A DNA stretch of 32,000 bases from Pyrobaculum calidifontis JCM 11548 (lineage in GTDB: Archaea > Thermoproteota > Thermoprotei > Thermoproteales > Thermoproteaceae): contig NC_009073.1 in assembly GCF_000015805.1 (NCBI RefSeq), positions 210,001-242,000 on the forward strand, given 5' to 3'. The notes under the pieces were generated by a model that saw only the letters and a program-made list of their open reading frames with translations, ran no database searches and was not told where the DNA came from. Shown here one piece after another: positions 8,748 through 15,557 of this stretch (its first letter is position 1; each line of letters starts with the position of its first letter). Made by a program: the position numbers and the translations under genes.

Positions 8748-9328
8748 TACTTCTTTACGGCCCTCACCCGGAGGATCCCAGGCGCCGTGATTACCTCCTT
8801 GACCTCGTATCCCAAGTCCTCTAAGAAGCAACGGGCGCCCGCGGCGGTGGCCTTCACGCTCTCTACCCCGTACCCAACTCCCACGGCGTCTACGACGAGC
8901 TCGTCCCCAGAGGCCTTTACGTCAAACCTCTTGGCGGGTATCACCTTTGAGAAGTAGGGGACTAGGGAAAGCGCCGAGTCCAAACCGCCGTATACGGCCT
9001 TTATGTAGCTCGCCAACATCTTCCCGGCCTCACACCACGCCTTTTCCACTACCTCAGGGTTCTCTTTGTACATGTCGGCGACCATTTTGTCCAAAAGGCG
9101 TCCGGGCACTGGCACCACCTCCAGCTCCACCATGACCTTGTAAAACTCCGCAATTTCTCTAATCTGCTGGACTTTAAAGCCCTGTTGCACCAGCTCTAGG
9201 CCCGTGGCCAGTATCTGGTTCGCCAGGGCGTACTGCGTCATGCCGAGGGACTCGGCCACGGCGGCTAGGCGCTCTGCGACATCTTTAGCCACAGCTATAT
9301 TCACCCGGTCCTTCTTCTGCTGATTCAC
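8747..9328 (-). CDS. Ribbon-helix-helix (CopG/MetJ-like) domain protein with an uncharacterised C-terminal domain of about 140 aa
   Basis: The N-terminus RVNIAVAKDVAERLAAVAESLGMTQYALANQIL has a beta-strand/helix/helix pattern typical of RHH DNA-binding domains. The start is GTG 9328, with TATA-like cttattaaatttta centred about 25 nt upstream. The stop overlaps the ATG of the ABC ATPase. Confidence 0.7.
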   Translation of the reverse strand: MNQQKKDRVNIAVAKDVAERLAAVAESLGMTQYALANQILATGLELVQQGFKVQQIREIAEFYKVMVELEVVPVPGRLLDKMVADMYKENPEVVEKAWCEAGKMLASYIKAVYGGLDSALSLVPYFSKVIPAKRFDVKASGDELVVDAVGVGYGVESVKATAAGARCFLEDLGYEVKEVITAPGILRVRAVKK

Positions 9329-9429
9329 ATGTTAAAAATCGGGCGCCTTATTAAATTTTATGTCTATTATGCCATAGGTGTAGTCACAGAGATATACAAA
9401 GGGGATATATAGGAGGCGTATATTAACAT

Positions 9430-10479
9430 GTGCGCCTAAGAGCCAAGTACCTTCTGGTGGGGGATTTGGAACTTGTGGAAAACGGCGTAGTGGAAGTGGA
9501 CGACCAAGGCGTGGTAGTAGGCGTGGGGAAGTACACCGGGGGCGTCGCCGCCGATTTGGGAAACGTGGTGCTAATGCCCCAGCTCCTCAACGCCCACGTC
9601 CACGTGCTAGACGCAGCTATGGCGGACCGCGACGACTTGTACATAGACGACCTCGTGGGGTGGCCCCACGGCGCGAAGTACCACGTGGTTAAGACCCTCG
9701 TGCGCAGGAGAAGACACATCCCCCTCCTAAGGGCCGTGGCTAGGCGCATGAGGGGCTACGGCGTTGGATGCGCCGTGGTCTACGCCGAATACGCCGCGAG
9801 AGACGTCGAGGAGGTATTTCGCGGGGAGGGGATAGAGGCGTTAGTGTTTCAAGAGGCCCACGGGGACTTCCCCGACTACCCCCACGTCCAAGTGGCGTCC
9901 CCAGTGGACCACCCCGTGGACTACCTGAGAGAGCTCAGGAGGAGGTACGCGTTGGTGTCTACCCACGTCTCAGAGACAGAGGACTGCCACGAGGCGGGCG
10001 ACTTGGCCCTGACGCTGGAGGCCCTAGACGCAGACGTCCTCGTCCACCTAGTCCACGTCACGCCGGAGGAGGCGGCGGCAATTCCGCCGAGCAAGACCGT
10101 GGTGGTGAACCCAAGGGCAAACGCTTACTTCGTGGGCAAAGTGGCCCCCATCCCACTGCTCCTACACCTCAAGCCCCTCCTCGGCACAGACAACGTCTTC
10201 ATGAACGAGCCAGACCCATGGGCCGAGATGAAGTTTCTCCACGCCTACTCCGCGGCGGCGGGCTGGGGACTTGGAGAGAGGGAAATATTGTCCATGGCCA
10301 CTGTGTGGGGTTGGGAAAAGCTCAAGTGCCCCCCGCCCATAGAGGTTGGGCAGAAAATGCGTGCCCTCGCCGTGGCCGCGCCCTACGCCGGGGACAAGGT
10401 GTTGAAGTACCTCGTGAAAAGGGTCTCTCACCGGGACTTAGTGGCCTTCGTGGAGGGGACTAGGATTCTGCCTGTTTAA
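9430..10479 (+). CDS. Metal-dependent amidohydrolase family protein (chlorohydrolase/deaminase-like)
   Basis: The 349-aa ORF has the HxH metal motif (LLNAHVHVLD) near the N-terminus, later His/Asp residues (STHVSE, VHLVHV, GTDN), and an N-terminal beta-sandwich-like lead-in (YLLVGD...). The start is GTG 9430, with TATA ggatatatagg about 22 nt upstream. Confidence 0.8.
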   Translation: MRLRAKYLLVGDLELVENGVVEVDDQGVVVGVGKYTGGVAADLGNVVLMPQLLNAHVHVLDAAMADRDDLYIDDLVGWPHGAKYHVVKTLVRRRRHIPLLRAVARRMRGYGVGCAVVYAEYAARDVEEVFRGEGIEALVFQEAHGDFPDYPHVQVASPVDHPVDYLRELRRRYALVSTHVSETEDCHEAGDLALTLEALDADVLVHLVHVTPEEAAAIPPSKTVVVNPRANAYFVGKVAPIPLLLHLKPLLGTDNVFMNEPDPWAEMKFLHAYSAAAGWGLGEREILSMATVWGWEKLKCPPPIEVGQKMRALAVAAPYAGDKVLKYLVKRVSHRDLVAFVEGTRILPV

Positions 10480-10654
10480 ACCTCTTGTGCAAGAGGGGGG
10501 CCGCGACGCCTAGGGAAATCGCGGCGAGGGATATCGCCGCGTCTCTTGCGTTGACTAAGGGGTCCAGCGACGGGGCTGTGAGAAGGCTTAGCAAAATCAA
10601 GGAGCCGAGGGAGATGGCCAAGGCGCTTAGCAGGTAGACGAAGGCTCTGTTCAT
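10460..10654 (-). CDS. Small hypothetical membrane protein (64 aa, two hydrophobic helices)
   Basis: The sequence is MNRAFVYLLSALAISLGSLILLSLL...ISLAAISLGVAAPLL. A TATA-like ctaataaatagg on the minus strand is centred about 24 nt upstream of ATG 10654. The gene is divergent from the ABC-2 ATPase gene. Support is limited to the ORF plus the promoter spacing. Confidence 0.4.
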   Translation of the reverse strand: MNRAFVYLLSALAISLGSLILLSLLTAPSLDPLVNARDAAISLAAISLGVAAPLLHKRFKQAES

Positions 10655-10721
10655 GGCAGAGGGCACATGCCCCTATTTATTAGTTTCGGAAAAGCTTATA
10701 TTCCAGCTCGGCGTCGCCGTT

Positions 10722-11606
10722 GTGATAGTGTGCGAAAACCTCGGACGGAGATACGGCGACTTCTGGGCCCTCAGGGGAGTCACCTTTGAGGTGGGGAAGG
10801 GAGTTGTAGCGGGGGTGCTGGGGCCCAACGGCGCTGGGAAGACCACCCTCGTCAGAATACTCACCACGGAGCTCATGCCGTCGGAGGGGCGCGCCCTCGT
10901 GGCGGGACTCGACGTGGTAAAAGAGGCGGAGAAGGTGAGGCGAGTAATCGCCGCGGTGCCCCAGGAGGCTAGGCCAATAGACTTCTTAACCCCCTACGAG
11001 TTTGTGTACAGCTACCTACTCCTCAGGGGGTACCCCAGGCGGGAGGCGAAGAGGAGGGCGGAGGATGCCCTCAAGACGTTTGGCCTCTGGGAGGTGCGGG
11101 GTAGAGAGATAGACACGCTGTCTGGGGGCATGAAGCGCAGAGTCCTCGTGGCCTCGGTGTTCGCCGCCGATGTGGACGTGGTGTTTCTCGACGAGCCGAC
11201 CACGGGCCTCGACGTGTACTCCCGGCGCATGGTGTGGAACGCCGTCTCTGAGATGAAGAGGCGCGGCGTCACCGTCCTACTTACGACGCACTACGTGGAG
11301 GAGGCAGCGGCGCTAAGCGACGTGGTCGTGGTAATAAACAGGGGCAGAGTAGTGGACATCGCGCCGCCGGGGGCTCTTGTGGAAAAAGTGCCAGGCCGCT
11401 ACGTCGTAGAGGTGTATGGAACCGACGGCGCCGTGGCGGAGAGCAGGGCTAGGATAAAGATCGGCGACAGGGTGCTGTACTACGTGGACAGCCCGCCCCC
11501 GCTTGCCGAGCCTAGGGGGGCAAAGATCGTGGTTAGGCCAAAGTCGCTCGAGGACTACATATTGATAAACGTGGGAGAGGTAGAGGAGGACTATGAAGAC
11601 GATTAA
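10722..11606 (+). CDS. ABC-2 type (DrrA/CcmA-like) transporter ATP-binding protein
   Basis: Motifs are Walker A GPNGAGKTT, signature LSGGMKRRV, Walker B VVFLDEPTTGLD and H-loop TTHY. The start is placed at GTG 10722 because TATA cttatatt is centred about 24 nt upstream. The ORF-track start at ATG 10653 is an alternative. Confidence 0.9.
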   Translation: MIVCENLGRRYGDFWALRGVTFEVGKGVVAGVLGPNGAGKTTLVRILTTELMPSEGRALVAGLDVVKEAEKVRRVIAAVPQEARPIDFLTPYEFVYSYLLLRGYPRREAKRRAEDALKTFGLWEVRGREIDTLSGGMKRRVLVASVFAADVDVVFLDEPTTGLDVYSRRMVWNAVSEMKRRGVTVLLTTHYVEEAAALSDVVVVINRGRVVDIAPPGALVEKVPGRYVVEVYGTDGAVAESRARIKIGDRVLYYVDSPPPLAEPRGAKIVVRPKSLEDYILINVGEVEEDYEDD

Positions 11607-12318
11607 AGACGCACTGGTCATAGCTTGGATCAACGGCTGGATAGCGGCCACGAGGGGCTGGATATGGGTAGTGGCCAGCTCCGTCAGCCCGTTGTCCTTC
11701 CTCGTCCTCTTGGCCATATACGGCGGCGTAGAGGGGCTCCTGTGGGGAGTGCTGGGGAGCCTGGTCTGGACCATCGCCTCCAACGGCATCTCGCTCATGG
11801 GAGACGCCACGTACTACCGCCTGGGCATCAAGTACCAGTCCATGCTTACCGCGGCGCCGGTGTCGCCCGTTGGATACGCCATCGGCCTCGCGCTAAGCGC
11901 CTTCGTCTTTGCCACCCCCACGCTGGCCTTTTACATAGCCGTAATCTTATGGCTGGGCGTCCCGCTGGCCAGCCCCGTGGCGGCGTACGCCTTGGTCACG
12001 CTCTGGCTGGCCTCCGCCGGCCTTGGCTTCACGCTGTCCAGCTTCATAAGACACATGAGATATGCCTGGGCCCTCCCCCAGATACTCACCGCCGTGTTCA
12101 CCGTGGGAGCCCCAGTCTACTACCCCGCCACCGTCTTGCCCACGCCCTACCTAGGCGTAGTGGTGCCCACAGGCGCCGCGGGGGTATTGCTCCAAGCCGC
12201 CACAGGCCTGGCCAACTACTCCGCAGACCTACAAGCCGCGGCCGCTGTTGCCCTAGCCCTGCAGAGCGTCTTGGGGCTATACCTATTGGCAAAAGTAGCC
12301 AGGTGGAGACAACAGTAG
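11593..12318 (+). CDS. ABC-2 type transporter permease
   Basis: The 241-aa hydrophobic ORF has about 6 TM segments. It overlaps the upstream ATPase gene by 14 nt. Confidence 0.85.
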   Translation: MKTIKDALVIAWINGWIAATRGWIWVVASSVSPLSFLVLLAIYGGVEGLLWGVLGSLVWTIASNGISLMGDATYYRLGIKYQSMLTAAPVSPVGYAIGLALSAFVFATPTLAFYIAVILWLGVPLASPVAAYALVTLWLASAGLGFTLSSFIRHMRYAWALPQILTAVFTVGAPVYYPATVLPTPYLGVVVPTGAAGVLLQAATGLANYSADLQAAAAVALALQSVLGLYLLAKVARWRQQ

Positions 12319-12413
12319 TACATTATACCCGCCTCCTTTCGCCGCCCCGGGCGCCTCCCCGGCGATGTGCCAAAGACCTGGCTACATTTCGACTAGCCCT
12401 ACTTATCGACGAG

Positions 12414-12764
12414 TTAGATGTAGACCGGCGGGACGCCGCCGGACTCTGCAACAACCTCGACTTCCACGCCTATGTAGTACGACTTGACAGTTACTTTCAC
12501 ATATGGGGGATTTACCGCGGCCTTTACCTTTTCCAAGAGGTCCACGGCCAGTTCCTCGTGGAGGATCTCTCTTCCCCTGTAGGAGTCCACCATCTTTTTG
12601 AACTCCTCGATGGCGAGGACGGCGCCGCGGGGTATGTACTCCACAGAGACCTCAAACGAGTCCACTGTCTTGCTGATTGGGCACACAGACTCGCCCCTAG
12701 TCTTGAGGCGCACGAGGCTCGGAGACTTGGAGACCTTGAGCATGGCCGAGAGATATCCCGGCAT
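12414..12764 (-). CDS. queF-L: QueF-like T-fold protein (crenarchaeal QueF-L type, archaeosine-pathway amidinotransferase candidate)
   Basis: The 116-aa ORF has a catalytic-Cys segment ESVCPISKTVDSFEVSVEYIP (compare QueF LCPVTGQPDF...YIP). It also has a QueF-motif-like EEFKKMVDSYRGREILHEE (compare ESKSLKLYLFSFRNHGIFHE). It is single-domain and lacks an NADPH-binding extension. An alternative start is ATG 12743 (MLKVSK...). Confidence 0.65.
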   Translation of the reverse strand: MPGYLSAMLKVSKSPSLVRLKTRGESVCPISKTVDSFEVSVEYIPRGAVLAIEEFKKMVDSYRGREILHEELAVDLLEKVKAAVNPPYVKVTVKSYYIGVEVEVVAESGGVPPVYI

Positions 12765-12792
12765 ATTTAAGGCAACCTTATAAAAGAGAGGT

Positions 12793-14394
12793 GTGGCCTG
12801 GGCCGTGTGCGTAGTGGAGAAGTGGAGGGAGGACCCCTTCTACGGCGCCGTGGCGGTGGTCAAGGCGGAGGGGTATGTGGTTGGGGATTTCACCGGGGGG
12901 ATCCACGGGGCCTTTAGAGACTACGTAGAGCTGCCGCCCGGCGTGTACACGGTAGGCGGCGAGGAGTGCGCAATAGAGCCGCTCTCCTACCCCTGGCACT
13001 TCTCTGTGCCCTACATGGCGGCGAGGTGGGGCGACGTGGTGGAGCTACGGATATACGCCACGGAGGAGCTCGAGGTGCCAGGCGGCTTCGTGGCCAAGCT
13101 GGCCGACGTGGGGCCCTTCTCTGTCTACCTGGCGGCGACGCGGGGCGCCTCCTATGTTGTAAAGTGTTGCGGCAGGTCGAGGAGGTTCAAGGCGCCGCAC
13201 CCCGGCGAGGCCCCCCGCCTCTCTGCCCTCTACGAGGTTTTGCCAGACAGAGCGGGCCCCGGGCGTGGGTGCAGAGATCTCTCTAAGCAGTTCTGCGGCG
13301 GCACGTTGAAGGACGTGGCGGAGCTGGCGGCGGGGGCCGTGGATTTCGCAGATGGGCTCTACCTCCACCCCATATACCCCGCCATGTCTTACCACAGATA
13401 CGACGTGGTGAACCACTTCGACGTAGACGAGAGAGTGGGCGGCTGGGCGGCCTTCTACGCGCTTAAGGAGGCCTTGTCCAAGGTGGGGATGGGCCTCGTC
13501 TTAGACCTCGTCTTATACCACGTGGCTCCCCGAAGCCCGCTCTTCCCCGACGGGCCCTTTGTTATAAAAAGCGCGGAGGGGGCGAGGCTTGTGAAAAAAC
13601 TTGTCGAAATTCTGCCGCGGGAGGCGTTGCGCGGCGTCTTCTCCGGAGAGCCTCCCTACGAGACTTTTCTAAAGGTGTGGCTCATGCCTAGGCTGGATTA
13701 CACGCGGCGCGAGGCCGTGGAGTACGCCAGGCGGGTGGTGGAGTTCTGGGCCCCACATGTCGACGGGTTTAGGCTAGACGTGGCTCACGGCATTCCGCCC
13801 GAGGCGTGGCGAGCGGCGCTGGAGCCCGCCCGAGGCCGGTACGTCTTTGGAGAACACGTGGGCAACCCCGCACCCTTCTACCACGTAATCAGGGGGTTCA
13901 CGGCCTACTTCTTGTACCACCACGGGGTCAAGCGCCTCGGGGAGGGCGTTGAGGAAGTTGCGAGAGGCGTCAACCGCTACCTGGCTCTGACGCCCCCCTC
14001 GGCGGTTCCCCACATGAACCTCTTCTTAGAAAACCACGACTTAGACAGAGCGGCCTCCTTCCTAAGCCCCGACGCCGTGGTCATGGGCTACGCCCTCATA
14101 TACTCACTGCCCGGAGTCCCCTCAGTCTACATGGGAGGCGAATGCGGCGAGGTGGGACGCGCCGAAGATCACACAAATAGGAGACCCTTCCCCGGCTGCG
14201 GCGGCCATCCGTTGAAGAGCTTTCTCGCCAAGCTCTTCGCCGCGAGGAAGAGGCTGGGCCTCTCCGCGGGGCCTGCATACGCCTACACAAGGCGGGGGAG
14301 ACTGGTGCTGTGGAGGGGAGACGTGGAAGTGGAGGTGGAGAGGGGGCGGGCCGTGTTTACAAGCCCCGGGGGCTCCTTGGAAATCTTTATATAG
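12793..14394 (+). CDS. GH13 family alpha-amylase/neopullulanase-like glycoside hydrolase, cytoplasmic (no signal peptide)
   Basis: The conserved GH13 regions are present: I LVLDLVLYHVA, II VDGFRLDVAHG (nucleophile Asp), III VFGEHVG (acid/base Glu), IV FLENHDLDR. An N-terminal domain of about 170 aa precedes the catalytic barrel. The start is GTG 12793. Confidence 0.9.
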   Translation: MAWAVCVVEKWREDPFYGAVAVVKAEGYVVGDFTGGIHGAFRDYVELPPGVYTVGGEECAIEPLSYPWHFSVPYMAARWGDVVELRIYATEELEVPGGFVAKLADVGPFSVYLAATRGASYVVKCCGRSRRFKAPHPGEAPRLSALYEVLPDRAGPGRGCRDLSKQFCGGTLKDVAELAAGAVDFADGLYLHPIYPAMSYHRYDVVNHFDVDERVGGWAAFYALKEALSKVGMGLVLDLVLYHVAPRSPLFPDGPFVIKSAEGARLVKKLVEILPREALRGVFSGEPPYETFLKVWLMPRLDYTRREAVEYARRVVEFWAPHVDGFRLDVAHGIPPEAWRAALEPARGRYVFGEHVGNPAPFYHVIRGFTAYFLYHHGVKRLGEGVEEVARGVNRYLALTPPSAVPHMNLFLENHDLDRAASFLSPDAVVMGYALIYSLPGVPSVYMGGECGEVGRAEDHTNRRPFPGCGGHPLKSFLAKLFAARKRLGLSAGPAYAYTRRGRLVLWRGDVEVEVERGRAVFTSPGGSLEIFI

Positions 14395-14411
14395 GCGGCG
14401 TGTGTGGCTAT

Positions 14412-15554
14412 ATGGATTTGGGGTTTAGGGGAGTAACGGCGATATATGGGAGGCCCGGCGTTGGGAAAACCACCTTGGCCATGAGGATGGCCCATGAGCG
14501 TTTGCAGAGGGGCGAGAGAGTGCTCTGGGTGTCGCTGTACGAGGACAAGGAGACGTTTCACAAGAACGCCTCTCTCCTGGGCTACGACTTGTCTAAGGCG
14601 GACTTCTGGGACTTCGTCTTCGTCAGAACAGACGCCATGTTAAACCAGATAGTGTCCGCCGTGAGCCAAGAGGCCTACGGCCTAGTGGTAGTGGACTCCA
14701 TGTCGTCGGTGTTGGAGGGCGCCCAGGCGAGGGAGTACTTAATCAACGCCGTGTACAGAGTCTTCAAGCCCGCGGGCGTGGACTTGGTGGCGATAGCCGA
14801 GGAGGAGTCGGCCACCCCCTTGGACTACGTAGTCGACAACTTGCTCCGCCTAGAGATGAGGCTGGCGAATGGGGTCACCGAGCGGCGCATGTACGTGGTC
14901 AAGTCCCGCGGCCGCCGGGCTGGGTACTACGTGGAGTTTGACATTCTTGAGGGCAGGGGGCTCGTCTTCATAGACGAGTTGCCCAAGCCGGCCGCTAGGG
15001 GCGGCTTTGAGGCTTGGAGCGACGCCGTCTCCCAGGCCGTGGGGCCCATTAAAGGCGGGTGCGCGTACCTCTTCCTAGGCGGCGCGTTGACCCCACTCTT
15101 GGCCAAGGCCGCCGCAGACTTGTCTAAGGCGGGGCTGAAGGTGTTGTACAGAGTCCAGGGCAAAGACGCCGAGTCGGTGAGGCGCCTCGTAGAGAAGTTT
15201 GGGGGTAAGGCTGTTGTGCAACGCGCTGCGCCTCGGCCGCAGAGCTACTTTGCCCACGTCATGTCTCTCTACGAGTCGCTCAACGAGACTGGGGCAGACG
15301 TAGTTGTGTCAGACGGCGTGGACTTGGAGTTCCTCCTCTATGGTAAAAAGGCCCTTGACATAAACCTGCACGAGGTCCAGGAGCTGAGGGGGCTTGGGGT
15401 AGCGTTGTTGATTGGGATGAGCAGAGACAGGGGGCTGAGACATGCGGCAGACGCAGTGGTGTCCATACGAGGTGGGGAGGCCGTGGCTCACACGCCGGAG
15501 GGTCGGCGGATCTGCAAAGTGGAGCACGCCCCAGAGCCGGCCCTGGCCTGCTAG
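14412..15554 (+). CDS. KaiC/RadA-like RecA-superfamily ATPase with a degenerate C-terminal second domain (380 aa)
   Basis: The N-terminal half has Walker A GRPGVGKTT and Walker B-like LVVVDS. The C-terminal half has the same beta/alpha rhythm but lacks a P-loop (FLGGALTP). TATA ctttatatagg is centred about 22 nt upstream of ATG 14412. The ORF-track start at 14310 overlaps the GH13 gene. Confidence 0.85.
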   Translation: MDLGFRGVTAIYGRPGVGKTTLAMRMAHERLQRGERVLWVSLYEDKETFHKNASLLGYDLSKADFWDFVFVRTDAMLNQIVSAVSQEAYGLVVVDSMSSVLEGAQAREYLINAVYRVFKPAGVDLVAIAEEESATPLDYVVDNLLRLEMRLANGVTERRMYVVKSRGRRAGYYVEFDILEGRGLVFIDELPKPAARGGFEAWSDAVSQAVGPIKGGCAYLFLGGALTPLLAKAAADLSKAGLKVLYRVQGKDAESVRRLVEKFGGKAVVQRAAPRPQSYFAHVMSLYESLNETGADVVVSDGVDLEFLLYGKKALDINLHEVQELRGLGVALLIGMSRDRGLRHAADAVVSIRGGEAVAHTPEGRRICKVEHAPEPALAC

Positions 15555-15557
15555 CCC

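Noticed and set aside
8748-8831. N-terminal extension of the ABC ATPase ORF
   Set aside because: It overlaps the RHH gene in another frame. ATG 8747 gives the normal spacing of about 35 aa to Walker A and forms a TAATG stop-start junction.
9768-10463. A 231-aa plus-strand ORF inside the amidohydrolase gene
   Set aside because: It is an alternative frame of a motif-supported gene. The product is Arg/Gly/Pro-rich with no motifs.
10481-10496. Hairpin cctctt-gtgc-aagagg directly after the amidohydrolase stop, considered as a terminator
   Set aside because: The 6-bp stem is at chance level. Archaeal termination relies mainly on T-tracts, and none follows. The hairpin also lies inside the convergent small ORF.
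11625-12770. A 381-aa plus-strand ORF, the third-longest in the track
   Set aside because: It is Arg/Pro/Gly/His-rich and low in complexity. It lies in an alternative frame over the well-supported ABC-2 permease gene and then antisense to the QueF-like gene. This is a typical long spurious ORF of high-GC DNA.
14310-14411. N-terminal extension of the KaiC-like ORF
   Set aside because: It overlaps the 3' end of the GH13 gene and contains the TATA box. ATG 14412 gives the typical short lead-in before the P-loop.
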